A stretch of DNA of 64,000 nucleotides, taken from NCBI GenBank assembly GCA_965206745.1, contig OZ242220.1, forward strand, positions 800,001 to 864,000, written 5' to 3'. The notes under the pieces are model-generated. The model saw only the letters and a list, made by a program, of their open reading frames with translations. It had not been told where the DNA came from and did not search any database. The position numbers were made by a program, and so were the translations under genes. This stretch comes from Nitrosopumilus sp. Its GTDB lineage: Archaea; Thermoproteota; Nitrososphaeria; Nitrososphaerales; Nitrosopumilaceae. Positions 38,630 through 47,648 of the stretch are shown here, piece after piece. Each line of letters begins with the position of its first letter. The first letter of the stretch is position 1.

Positions 38630-40516
38630 ATGACTTTCAAATCCATTCTTGATGAAATTGAAAATAATCTAAACAAAATACTATCCGATCTCCAAGTACA
38701 TGATGTTAAATTTTCTGTAGAGCCGGCCAAACCCGGATTCGGAGATGTAAGCTCCAATGTCTCCTATTTGCTTGCAAAACTGCTAAAGAAGAGCCCGAAA
38801 GAAATTGCTGAGATGCTTTCTGAAAAATATTCCCATTGTACAAGCACACTTGTCTTGAAATCCGAAGCACACCCCTCTGGATATCTTAACTTCTTTGCAA
38901 ACTGGGACAAGCTAAGCCAGTTGATCCTCTCTGAATCCTACCTTGATACGTGTGGTGATGTTGATATTGGCAATGGCTCTGCAATTGTAGTTGAGCACAC
39001 CAGTGTCAATCCAAACAAAGCGCTTCACATAGGCCATATACGAAATATCATCATCGGAGATGCCGTATCTAGAATCTTGGAGAAAGCTGGTTACAAAGTC
39101 AATGTGTTGAATTACATCGATGATTCTGGGCTGCAAGTCGCCGACATCATAGTTGGTTTTAAACACTTTGGATATGCGCAGGAGCCTCCAAACGGCAAGA
39201 AGTTTGATCATTATTGCGGTGATGATGTCTATGTCAAAACAACTGAAAAATATGAGGCCGATTCTGGTTTGAAAGAAATTACTAAAAACGTTCTCAAAGA
39301 ACTTGAAGATGGGGATTCGGAGACGGCAAAGTTTGCAGATAAGATTACCCGAAGGGTCCTGGCAGGACAACTTGAGACCTGTTGGAATCTTGGAGTTACA
39401 TATGACTGCCTGAACTTTGAATCACAAATTATCCGCTCAGGTCTCTGGAATGAAATCTTTGAGAAACTCAAAGAGATGAATCTGGCCGAGTTTGAAAATG
39501 AAGGTGAGAATGGGGGCTGTTGGGTGATTCGTGGCGATGGCAAAGAGGAAGACAAGGTGATTGTTCGCAGTAATGGGACTGCCACGTATATTGCCAAAGA
39601 CATTCCTTATGCTGCCTGGAAACTGGGCTTGCTTGAAGACCCGTTCAACTATGAAAAATACGGCAAAGACCAACCTGGTTCTAGGACTTTGTGGCAAACC
39701 ACCTTGAGCAAATCTGATAAAATCTCTAAAGATTTCACTGGTGAAAAAGTTGTCACCGTGATTGATTCAAGGCAGGCAAATCTACAAAAAATAATCACTT
39801 CGTTGATGGGCAAATTCAAGTCCGTACCTGATGCGTACAATCACCTCGGATACGAATCTGTCACATTGAGTTCGGACACTGCAAAGACCCTTGGCTTGGA
39901 AACTGACGGCAAACAAGCCCAAATGTCTGGACGAAAAGGATTCTACATCAGTGCTGACTCTGTATATGAAATTCTTAAAGAAAAAACAGGTAATGAAACT
40001 AGAAAAAGAAATCCTCAGATGAGTGATTCTGAAATTCAAGCCATCGCACATGCAGTTTCAGTTGGAACCATACGATACGAGATGATAAAGCAAGATTTAG
40101 ACAAGATCATTACCTTTGATTTGACAAAATCCCTTAGTTTGGAGGGTGACACTTCTCCTTATATCCAGTATACTCATGCCAGATCTTCTAGAATCTTGGA
40201 AAAATCTGGCCGTACTCCAATGATCGACGTTGATTTCTCTTTGTTAAAAGCAAAGTCTGAAATTAATCTGATTAAGACCATCGGTCTCTTTAATTTACAA
40301 GTCCGAGACGCTGCAAATAACCTGTCTCCTAAAGTGATTGCCCGATACTGCTATGATCTGGCCGTAGCATTTAACTCATTTTATGAAAAATCAAAGGTTC
40401 TTGACTTGGATGATGTGAAATTAGAAGACTCTCGCCTCTGCCTGGTAAACTCTTTTAAAATTGTTCTTGAGAAAGCATTGGATCTTTTAGGCATCGTAGC
40501 ACCTAGTAGAATGTAA
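38630..40516 (+). CDS. argS: arginine--tRNA ligase
   Basis: EHTSVNPNKALHIGHIRN, MSGRKG, PYIQYTHAR, FNSFYE, C-terminal PSRM. Confidence 0.96.
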   Translation: MTFKSILDEIENNLNKILSDLQVHDVKFSVEPAKPGFGDVSSNVSYLLAKLLKKSPKEIAEMLSEKYSHCTSTLVLKSEAHPSGYLNFFANWDKLSQLILSESYLDTCGDVDIGNGSAIVVEHTSVNPNKALHIGHIRNIIIGDAVSRILEKAGYKVNVLNYIDDSGLQVADIIVGFKHFGYAQEPPNGKKFDHYCGDDVYVKTTEKYEADSGLKEITKNVLKELEDGDSETAKFADKITRRVLAGQLETCWNLGVTYDCLNFESQIIRSGLWNEIFEKLKEMNLAEFENEGENGGCWVIRGDGKEEDKVIVRSNGTATYIAKDIPYAAWKLGLLEDPFNYEKYGKDQPGSRTLWQTTLSKSDKISKDFTGEKVVTVIDSRQANLQKIITSLMGKFKSVPDAYNHLGYESVTLSSDTAKTLGLETDGKQAQMSGRKGFYISADSVYEILKEKTGNETRKRNPQMSDSEIQAIAHAVSVGTIRYEMIKQDLDKIITFDLTKSLSLEGDTSPYIQYTHARSSRILEKSGRTPMIDVDFSLLKAKSEINLIKTIGLFNLQVRDAANNLSPKVIARYCYDLAVAFNSFYEKSKVLDLDDVKLEDSRLCLVNSFKIVLEKALDLLGIVAPSRM

Positions 40517-40556
40517 TGTCCTAGGGAGAAAACAATGTCCTCTCCCTAGGGATATT
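40515..40556. other. inverted repeat/hairpin directly after the argS stop
   Basis: CCTAGGGAGA (40520-40529) is the exact reverse complement of TCTCCCTAGG (40541-40550); extendable with one bulge; followed by TTTT. Confidence 0.6.
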
Positions 40557-41064
40557 TTACTGAGGCGAACCTCTGTAGAATATCTTGGCGTGCAAACCAA
40601 TTACTGAATATCCCATATTTTTAAGCAATAAATCTTACTTTGTAAGGTTCTGTGTAATCTTGAGGATCTGAAATACGGATCTTGTTGCTATCTTGAAGAT
40701 CCTGATAGCATGTCAACTTTCAAACTCTTGTTTATCTCTTGTATGATATCGAGTTATTTTATAGGAACAATATCTTTTAATCTGATTCTTTCACTTTTGT
40801 ATAATGGTACTCTTGCAGGACCGTGTGTTTGACCATCAGATTATGTTTTATTTGAGCAAAAAAGTCTTGAAGGATTAGAATGGAGTGAGTCACTACGATG
40901 CTATTTGAGACCTTGATTGGCTCTGTCATATGAGGTCGCAAAGGTCCAATGTATGATGATTTTACATGGGAGTACCTTGCAAGCAAAAAATCTAAAAAAC
41001 ATTAAACTTGGCAGCTAAAAATGACTTTGGCCCAACCCAAAAACCATCTCAACATGCATGATGG

Positions 41065-41364
41065 TTATTTTCTTGGCCGTCTGCGGGGATTCTTTTCATA
41101 AAATTTCTCAACATTCTCATTCCACTCTTTAGTCTCTGCTAGTCTGGAACGGGCATGTGGCCTCTTTCCATTGTTTGATAGTACTGTGCTGTTATTCCCG
41201 TAGAACTGGTCTGTCTCATTAATTAGAACGTCTAGAAACTTTGATGCTTCCTTTGCCTCTTGGCCCTTTGGATCTCTATGCGTCATAATGGACTTTGCAA
41301 GTGTCTCAATCTTTGCTATCTTTATCCGGTACTCGCTTAGAACCCTATGATCAAAGGAAATCAT
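41065..41364 (-). CDS. hypothetical protein
   Basis: 99-aa ORF with basic C-terminus. Confidence 0.65.
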   Translation of the reverse strand: MISFDHRVLSEYRIKIAKIETLAKSIMTHRDPKGQEAKEASKFLDVLINETDQFYGNNSTVLSNNGKRPHARSRLAETKEWNENVEKFYEKNPRRRPRK

Positions 41365-41406
41365 TTCATTTTTACTCCATTTTACCTGTGTATGTGCATT
41401 TCGGTA

Positions 41407-41919
41407 CTATCCATACATTGACTTTCCAATTGTCGCATCTGTAGTATTATTCTGTGCTGAAAATCCACTGAAATTGGCCCTTAGGATTTTTTGAACATGC
41501 CCTGACACTCTTGCAACATTGTCCCATGTGTCATGAAATGATACCCTGTCTAGAACCTGCTCATCCACATGGGAAAAGATTGCCAAACCTACGACATTCT
41601 CTCCGTCTTTAACCCATTGGTGCCCTATATTGCATATCGTACAAATCTCACCAACTTCCATTATTGCTTTAGAAAACGATGGGTTCTTCATTACCAGCAA
41701 CTTTGAATCTTGAGGTGGAAACCGCATGTTTACATTTACGTGGATTCTGTCTTTTCTGTTTGCATTCTTGCTAACTATGACATTTGTTCCCACATGAAAC
41801 TGCCAGTCCACAATCTTGCTCTTCTCCTTGATTTTTTCAGTCTGATCTTCATAATTGATGTTTGTAACCTTGATAAATTCCTCAACCAAATCTTTCATTT
41901 CTTGAGCTGTCTTTGCCAT
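41407..41919 (-). CDS. hypothetical protein
   Basis: 170-aa ORF preceded by a GAGGAGG Shine-Dalgarno-like site. Confidence 0.7.
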   Translation of the reverse strand: MAKTAQEMKDLVEEFIKVTNINYEDQTEKIKEKSKIVDWQFHVGTNVIVSKNANRKDRIHVNVNMRFPPQDSKLLVMKNPSFSKAIMEVGEICTICNIGHQWVKDGENVVGLAIFSHVDEQVLDRVSFHDTWDNVARVSGHVQKILRANFSGFSAQNNTTDATIGKSMYG

Positions 41920-41967
41920 GGATCTATTCCTCCTCGTTGGATATATCCATGTTGTGGAAAAAAAGAA

Positions 41968-42105
41968 CTAATGGCTGTGTCCACAACCACAAGAGTCATG
42001 TCCTTCCTGACCTTCTGATTCCTTACCTGCACATTTGGAACATTTCTCTGCCCCTGTTGGAGAAAAGAAGCCAATTCCACATGATACGCATTTTTGATTT
42101 GACAT
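41968..42105 (-). CDS. 45-aa Cys/His-rich metal-binding micro-protein
   Basis: Manual translation MSNQKCVSCGIGFFSPTGAEKCSKCAGKESEGQEGHDSCGCGHSH; TTAAAT about 25 nt upstream. Confidence 0.75.
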   Translation of the reverse strand: MSNQKCVSCGIGFFSPTGAEKCSKCAGKESEGQEGHDSCGCGHSH

Positions 42106-42191
42106 GATGACTGTAAAAAATTGCCGTATTTAATCAGTACGCATTATTCAGGCTGATAAAACAGCAAAGCTCAGAATTGATGTGTGCCTCT

Positions 42192-42527
42192 CTAGTCCTT
42201 CTTCTGAAACACTCTGTATTCCCCGATAATCGAGCTGCACTTGTGGCATGTGTATTGACCTCGCTCTATCAAAGTTAGTCCGTCTGCAACTGCCTCGTTT
42301 GGCTGCTCCTCGATCTGTATCTGAGTTGGGCCATCAAACTCGGAATTGCATTGCTTGCAAAAGTGTTTTGACATTTTTGCAGTATCTAGTTTTTCAAGTG
42401 ATGCCAAAAAATGCTTGTCCATATTTGGAACAAGTTTTGATTTTGTCACTTGCTCATCAGTAAGATCCGCATTGATCCATCCGCCTGATCCTGCTAACTG
42501 AATTTCTGTCAACTTGGCATTGCTCAT
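42192..42527 (-). CDS. zinc-ribbon-like hypothetical protein
   Basis: FCKQC...YTCHKC. Confidence 0.7.
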   Translation of the reverse strand: MSNAKLTEIQLAGSGGWINADLTDEQVTKSKLVPNMDKHFLASLEKLDTAKMSKHFCKQCNSEFDGPTQIQIEEQPNEAVADGLTLIERGQYTCHKCSSIIGEYRVFQKKD

Positions 42528-42936
42528 AACTTGGTATTAATATGCTGTTTGGATCATCATTTTGTTTATTCTGGCTAGTGAAAAAAAAGTCAGTCCCCCT
42601 TACTGTGGAGACTCAAAATGCATTAACTAGTTTATGTGAGCATTGGGCTCTTCCAGCTAACACCGCAAGATGTCTCTGACTCAATGACCCCTCTACGTCT
42701 ATGTTTTTGTTAAAAAACCAGAATCAAAAATAATCACTTTTAGGTTAAATTTCTAAACGTTGGATCAAACTCATGCGTGTAGGGCTTGAATCCTCAGTTC
42801 TCCCTTGTATGTCTGTAAGCGGCTCTGTTATTTGGCAATATCTCTTGATTTTTGGGAAATCCGATAGGATCCCTCATGATGATCATTTATGCACGACTTT
42901 GGTATATGTGGCACTTTGAATGGTGAATCTTCTCAT

Positions 42937-43164
42937 TTAGATCATTACTCCGTTGTCATCTTTGGAATCTGATTCCACTATTGCTTTGATTTGAGATGTA
43001 TCCTCACAGTTTTTCCTAAATCCTACATTGTGCTGCATGATTCTGACCATGCCATATCGTCTGTAACTGCCAGCTGATTCATCATATTCTTTGTCATGTT
43101 TTGTCAGAATCACCGCCTTTACTTTTTTCTTACATGTTTTGCAGTAAACAAAAACTTCATTCAC
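42937..43164 (-). CDS. small CxxC hypothetical protein
   Basis: YCKTC...QH...NC; upstream promoter motif. Confidence 0.65.
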   Translation of the reverse strand: MNEVFVYCKTCKKKVKAVILTKHDKEYDESAGSYRRYGMVRIMQHNVGFRKNCEDTSQIKAIVESDSKDDNGVMI

Positions 43165-43185
43165 ATCTTCTCTGAATTATTTACA

Positions 43186-43200
43186 AACTTAAGGTTATTG
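43186..43200 (-). promoter_or_regulatory. BRE/TATA-like element CAATAACCTTAAGTT
   Basis: 22 nt upstream of the start at 43164; near-identical copies precede the next two minus-strand genes. Confidence 0.55.
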
Positions 43201-43217
43201 GGGGCTGATTGCAGATT

Positions 43218-43415
43218 TTACTGCGTGTCTTTTTCCATCTTTATCCTTCTGATGACATCCTGGACTAATTTTTCATCCTTTGTAACTAGTTCTTGAAGCC
43301 TCTCCTTGTATTGCTCATCCCCCCATTTTTCTAGGCTGAACATCTCTTTGACTAGTTTTACAATTTCTGATTTGTTTCTCTGGTGATCGCGTTTGGCTAT
43401 CTCCGAATCCTCCAT
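43218..43415 (-). CDS. small helical hypothetical protein
   Basis: 65-aa charged ORF with upstream promoter motif. Confidence 0.6.
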   Translation of the reverse strand: MEDSEIAKRDHQRNKSEIVKLVKEMFSLEKWGDEQYKERLQELVTKDEKLVQDVIRRIKMEKDTQ

Positions 43416-43437
43416 AACCTAGTCTCAAATAATTGTG

Positions 43438-43454
43438 AACTTTAAGCGTATTGA
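43438..43454 (-). promoter_or_regulatory. BRE/TATA-like element TCAATACGCTTAAAGTT
   Basis: 23 nt upstream of the start at 43415. Confidence 0.55.
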
Positions 43455-43484
43455 TTTTTTTAGTAGGTCTGTGAAATAACATCG

Positions 43485-43676
43485 TTGAATTTCAACTGTA
43501 TCTTCACATCTTGCAATTTCAAATGCAATAATATCGCAGTAGAGGATTTCACAAACCATCTAAATGAGGAACATCATGATGAAATTCTAGAGATTTCAAA
43601 AAAAGAGAACATACCAGTCAAAACTGCAGAAATGATTGCAGTGACTAATTCCACGGTATTCATTAATTCTGGTTAA
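43485..43676 (+). CDS. small C2H2-like metal-binding protein
   Basis: FNCIFTSCNF...NHLNEEH. Confidence 0.6.
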   Translation: MNFNCIFTSCNFKCNNIAVEDFTNHLNEEHHDEILEISKKENIPVKTAEMIAVTNSTVFINSG

Positions 43677-43698
43677 TCCGAGCCGATTTAGGGGCATA

Positions 43699-43806
43699 TC
43701 ACTTGCCTGTGACGTAACTGATATACAATATTGATGAGGCAATAACTGAAACTATGATGATTGCCGCTAGTTCTTTTGTTGAAAAAACACCTGTTCTAAG
43801 ACTCAC
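43699..43806 (-). CDS. 35-aa single-TM micro-protein
   Basis: GTG start, MSLRTGVFSTKELAAIIIVSVIASSILYISYVTGK; shared promoter motif 22 nt upstream. Confidence 0.5.
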   Translation of the reverse strand: MSLRTGVFSTKELAAIIIVSVIASSILYISYVTGK

Positions 43807-43827
43807 AAATTGCCTGTAGGTATTATC

Positions 43828-43843
43828 AACTTAAGCGTATTGA
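43828..43843 (-). promoter_or_regulatory. BRE/TATA-like element TCAATACGCTTAAGTT
   Basis: 22 nt upstream of GTG 43806; 13-bp exact match to 43442-43454. Confidence 0.55.
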
Positions 43844-43915
43844 AAGTAACTAGTGACTATGTCAAAAGCCGAGATTAACCAGTAGATTCTTATCTAAAAT
43901 TTTGAGGCAAAATAC

Positions 43916-44863
43916 ATGGCCAAAATTAAGAACAATTCGCCTGTACTGTTCTTCTATAACAATTCAAAAAAATGGCTGGCCAAAATTTCTAAAAAGGAAT
44001 CCTTTCACACTCACATTGGCATACTCAAGCACTCTGATGCAATTGGCAAGGAGTATGGCTCCAGACTGACGACAAACAAGGACAAGTATGTCTATCTTTT
44101 GGAGCCAACGATGTATGACTATGTAATGAAAATTCAGCACGGGACCCAGATTGTCTATCCTAAAGATATCGGATACATTATTGCAAGGGCAGGAATTGGT
44201 GACGGGCAGAAGATCTTGGAGATTGGAACCGGTAGCGGCTCGCTGACCTCGTTTGTAGCCAGTGTTGTAAAGCCACGTGGGCATGTATACACATTTGATG
44301 TGGATGAAAACTTTATGAAAATTGCTGAGAAGAATATCGCAAAAGCTGGTGTTTCAAAGTACGTGACCCAGCATAATCTGGATTTAAAGACTGCCAAAAA
44401 AATGCCTTTGGAGGATATGGACATGGCAATTATTGATTTAGGAGATCCATGGGTCGTGGTTCCACAAGTCCGGCAGATGCTAAAGGGGAGCGGAACCCTG
44501 TTTGCCATATGTCCTACAATGAACCAACTAGAAAAATTGACGATGGCATTAGTAGAAAATGAATTTACCGACATTGAATCCACCGAACACATAATTCGAA
44601 CTATCGAAGCTAGGGAGGGAAAAACAAGGCATTCCTTCCAGGGCATCGGTCATACGACCTATCTCTGCTTTGCAAGAAAGGCATTTTTTGACAGAGAGGC
44701 TCGAAAATCCGCAGATGCTGCCAAAACCTCTAAAACTCCAAAGAAAGCCGTTTTAAAAACCATCAAAAAGACTGGTACTAAACCTAGCACCAAAGCAACG
44801 AAAAAGACTGGTACTAAACCTAGCACCAAGGCAACAAAAAAGACAATCAAAAAATCATCCTAG
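43916..44863 (+). CDS. trmI: tRNA (adenine-N1)-methyltransferase with Lys-rich C-terminal tail
   Basis: TQIVYPKD, EIGTGSGSLT, DLGDPW, PTMNQ, GHTTYL. Confidence 0.9.
   Translation: MAKIKNNSPVLFFYNNSKKWLAKISKKESFHTHIGILKHSDAIGKEYGSRLTTNKDKYVYLLEPTMYDYVMKIQHGTQIVYPKDIGYIIARAGIGDGQKILEIGTGSGSLTSFVASVVKPRGHVYTFDVDENFMKIAEKNIAKAGVSKYVTQHNLDLKTAKKMPLEDMDMAIIDLGDPWVVVPQVRQMLKGSGTLFAICPTMNQLEKLTMALVENEFTDIESTEHIIRTIEAREGKTRHSFQGIGHTTYLCFARKAFFDREARKSADAAKTSKTPKKAVLKTIKKTGTKPSTKATKKTGTKPSTKATKKTIKKSS
44765..44844 (+). repeat. 36-bp tandem duplication encoding KKTGTKPSTKAT x2
   Basis: 44765-44800 and 44801-44836 differ at 2 positions; a partial third copy follows. Confidence 0.9.
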
Positions 44864-44919
44864 TTATTCCCTGATACTTTAAAACAAGATTTATTCCTCT
44901 ATCTTGTAGAGTATGCTGT

Positions 44920-45783
44920 ATGGCTGGAAAAAATCTAACTTCATCAATGGTTAAAAAGTTCATTCCTGCCAGAGAATCAAAATCAAGAAAAGGTGACAAT
45001 GGAATTGCACTGGTTGTCGGCGGAAGCTACATTTACCACGGTGCTCCGATACTTTCCTCCCTTGCTGCATTGAAATCTGGCACTGATCTCGTCTATACCT
45101 CTGTTCCCAAAATCAACGTCACACCAACTCGTGCTGTTTCTCCCAACCTGATAGTGATTCCCCTAGTTGATCAGAAATTTACTTTGGGGGCAGCTAACAA
45201 ACTGATTGGCGCACTGCCTCGTAATTTACATTCAGCCACAATTGGAATGGGGTTGGCAATACAAGAAAAAAATTCTTTGTTGCACTTTGTAAAATCTTTG
45301 CTGAATAGGGATGTGAGGCTGTCTCTGGATGCAAGTGCATTGATTCCAGACGTTCTTCCTCTTTTAGCAAACAAGAATGTGGCAGTAACCCCCCATGCAG
45401 GTGAATTCAAACGATTGTTTGGTGACACCCTGCCAAACTCTAAAAATGAACGAATCAGACTTGTCGAGACCAAGGCAAAGGAATTTGGAATTACTGTTCT
45501 GTTAAAAGGTGCTACGGATATAGTCTCTGATGGCACTACCACATATCTTAATGAGATGAAAACCCCTGCCATGACAGTCGGTGGGACAGGTGATGTTTTG
45601 TCAGGATTAGTTGCAGGATTACTATCAAGGAATCGAAATTCCCTGGAATCTGCGGCAGCTGCCACATTCATTAACGGATTGGCAGGAAAGGCCGCTCAGA
45701 AAAGGTTGGGATTGCACATGACCTCGATGGATCTTTTGGATGAACTTCCTGCTGTAATGAAGCCATTTGACAGGATAGTATGA
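44920..45783 (+). CDS. nnrD: ADP/ATP-dependent NAD(P)H-hydrate dehydratase
   Basis: KGDNG, VGGS, LDASA, TPHAGEF, LLKG, GGTGDVLSG. Confidence 0.9.
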   Translation: MAGKNLTSSMVKKFIPARESKSRKGDNGIALVVGGSYIYHGAPILSSLAALKSGTDLVYTSVPKINVTPTRAVSPNLIVIPLVDQKFTLGAANKLIGALPRNLHSATIGMGLAIQEKNSLLHFVKSLLNRDVRLSLDASALIPDVLPLLANKNVAVTPHAGEFKRLFGDTLPNSKNERIRLVETKAKEFGITVLLKGATDIVSDGTTTYLNEMKTPAMTVGGTGDVLSGLVAGLLSRNRNSLESAAAATFINGLAGKAAQKRLGLHMTSMDLLDELPAVMKPFDRIV

Positions 45784-47141
45784 CTAGAATGATTCCAACA
45801 AAGCATGTTGATGCTCATATGGGTGATCTTGTCTCAGATTTACAGACATTAATTCGCCAACCCAGCGTTTCTGCAAAAGACGAAGGAATTGAGGAATGCG
45901 CATTTCTGGTTGAAAAATTATTGAAAAAATCTGGAGTGAAATCGGAGATTTTACGACTAAAGAAAGGTGTTGCACCACTAGTATACGGCGAGGTAAAGTC
46001 AAAACAAAATCCGAAAAAGACTCTGATGTTTTACAATCACTATGACGTCCAACCTGCCGAACCACTTGATCTGTGGACTGATCCGCCATTTAGCGGAACT
46101 AGAAAAGGCAATAAAATTTTTGGAAGGGGCGCCACTGACGATAAGGGCGAGTTGATCACTAGAATCAAAGCAGTTGAGGCATGTTTGAAAACAACTGGGG
46201 ATGTGCCGTGTAACATAAAATTTGTAATTGAGGGTGAGGAGGAAACTGGCAGTGCACACATTGAGGAATATCTGAAAAAATACAAAAAGAAATTCTCATG
46301 TGATGGTGTAATCTGGGAATTTGGTTACGTTGATGCAAAAGATAGGCCAATCATTGGGCTTGGAATGAAAGGACTCCTCTTTGTTGAATTATCCGCAAAG
46401 GAATCAATTCGTGACGCTCACTCTAGCTTGGCAGTATTGATTAAAAATCCCGCATGGAGGTTAATTGAGGCCGTAAACACACTCAGAAATTCAGATGGCC
46501 GGGTTCTCATCAAAGACTGGTACAAGGAGGTATCCCCGTTCTCCAAAAATGATCTGAAAATAATCCAAAACGAACCATTTGATGAGGATGCATTCAAAAA
46601 AGAATTTGGGATCAAGTCGTTTGTGGGAAACAAGAGCGGGTTGGATGCAAAAAAGGCCCTGGTTGGAGGCGCCACTTGTAATATTGCTGGTTTTGTTTCT
46701 GGCTATGCCGGGGATGGTGCAAAGACCGTTCTTCCTAGCAGCGCACTTGTAAAGATTGACTTTAGACTAATTCCCAAGATGAACCCCAAAAAACAGGTTT
46801 CACGATTAAAAAATCACCTGAGATCAAAGGGATTCTCCGATGTTGGCATCAGAGTTTTCCATGGGGAGGCAGCGGCAAGAACCGATCCTTCCCATCTGTT
46901 CGTATCCCAAGTCAAAGATGCTGCAGACAAGTCATTTGGAAAATCAATCATTAATGTTTCAAATGCCGCTACTGGCCCCATGCATCCGTTTGCCCAAATA
47001 CTAAAAGTCCCTTGCATCTCCATAGGGAGCACATACATGTTTTCACGAATTCACTCGCCAAATGAATTTGCAAGAATTGATTTGCTAAAGAAAGCTACAA
47101 AGTGCATGTGTGAGATAATGAGTAACTTTGGAAATCCCTAG
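45780..47141 (+). CDS. M20 family metallopeptidase/deacylase
   Basis: HYDVQP, GRGATDDKG, EGEEETGS, HSPNE. Confidence 0.92.
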   Translation: MTRMIPTKHVDAHMGDLVSDLQTLIRQPSVSAKDEGIEECAFLVEKLLKKSGVKSEILRLKKGVAPLVYGEVKSKQNPKKTLMFYNHYDVQPAEPLDLWTDPPFSGTRKGNKIFGRGATDDKGELITRIKAVEACLKTTGDVPCNIKFVIEGEEETGSAHIEEYLKKYKKKFSCDGVIWEFGYVDAKDRPIIGLGMKGLLFVELSAKESIRDAHSSLAVLIKNPAWRLIEAVNTLRNSDGRVLIKDWYKEVSPFSKNDLKIIQNEPFDEDAFKKEFGIKSFVGNKSGLDAKKALVGGATCNIAGFVSGYAGDGAKTVLPSSALVKIDFRLIPKMNPKKQVSRLKNHLRSKGFSDVGIRVFHGEAAARTDPSHLFVSQVKDAADKSFGKSIINVSNAATGPMHPFAQILKVPCISIGSTYMFSRIHSPNEFARIDLLKKATKCMCEIMSNFGNP

Positions 47142-47554
47142 TGCAGGCATCTGGGTAATTTTTTGATGATCTGGGCAAGTGATATCCTGCCTGGTCCTAC
47201 TATCATAATTACAAGTGCCACTGCAAGCAGGATTAGATCCAATTCCACTCCTCCCTTTCCTGTGATGCTTGATGCGCCCTTGACCATGAAAATTGCGCCT
47301 AGCATGATAATTGAAATCAATGATGCAGACAACCTGCTGAGAACTCCGATAATCAGTAAAATTCCTGGAACTAGTTCTGCTAGTGCAATTGGAATTTGTA
47401 ACTCCGCTGGCAATCCCATATGTGGCAGATTCTCTGCAAACCCAGCGTCAAACTTTGAGATTCCATGAAGAATAAAGATCACGCCGATTGCAGACCTTAA
47501 ACCCATGAATACTGTGTCATCTAGAATCTTCTCTTTGATTTCAGCAGTGGTCAT
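47138..47554 (-). CDS. DoxX family membrane protein
   Basis: LRSAIGVIFILHGISKF, AELVPGILLIIG, GPGRISL; the true start is probably ATG 47554. Confidence 0.85.
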   Translation of the reverse strand: MTTAEIKEKILDDTVFMGLRSAIGVIFILHGISKFDAGFAENLPHMGLPAELQIPIALAELVPGILLIIGVLSRLSASLISIIMLGAIFMVKGASSITGKGGVELDLILLAVALVIMIVGPGRISLAQIIKKLPRCLH

Positions 47555-47648
47555 GATACTGCCTTGAACTTTTAGTATAATTGTCTTGCCCTTGAATCCA
47601 ACATTAAATGTAGAAAGCCCTTTATTATGCGGTAAAATTATTTGAATT

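Noticed and set aside
41895-42107. ORF-track 61-aa and 64-aa ORFs
   Set aside because: Both overlap the 45-aa Cys/His ORF and the start of the 170-aa gene and have no motif support.
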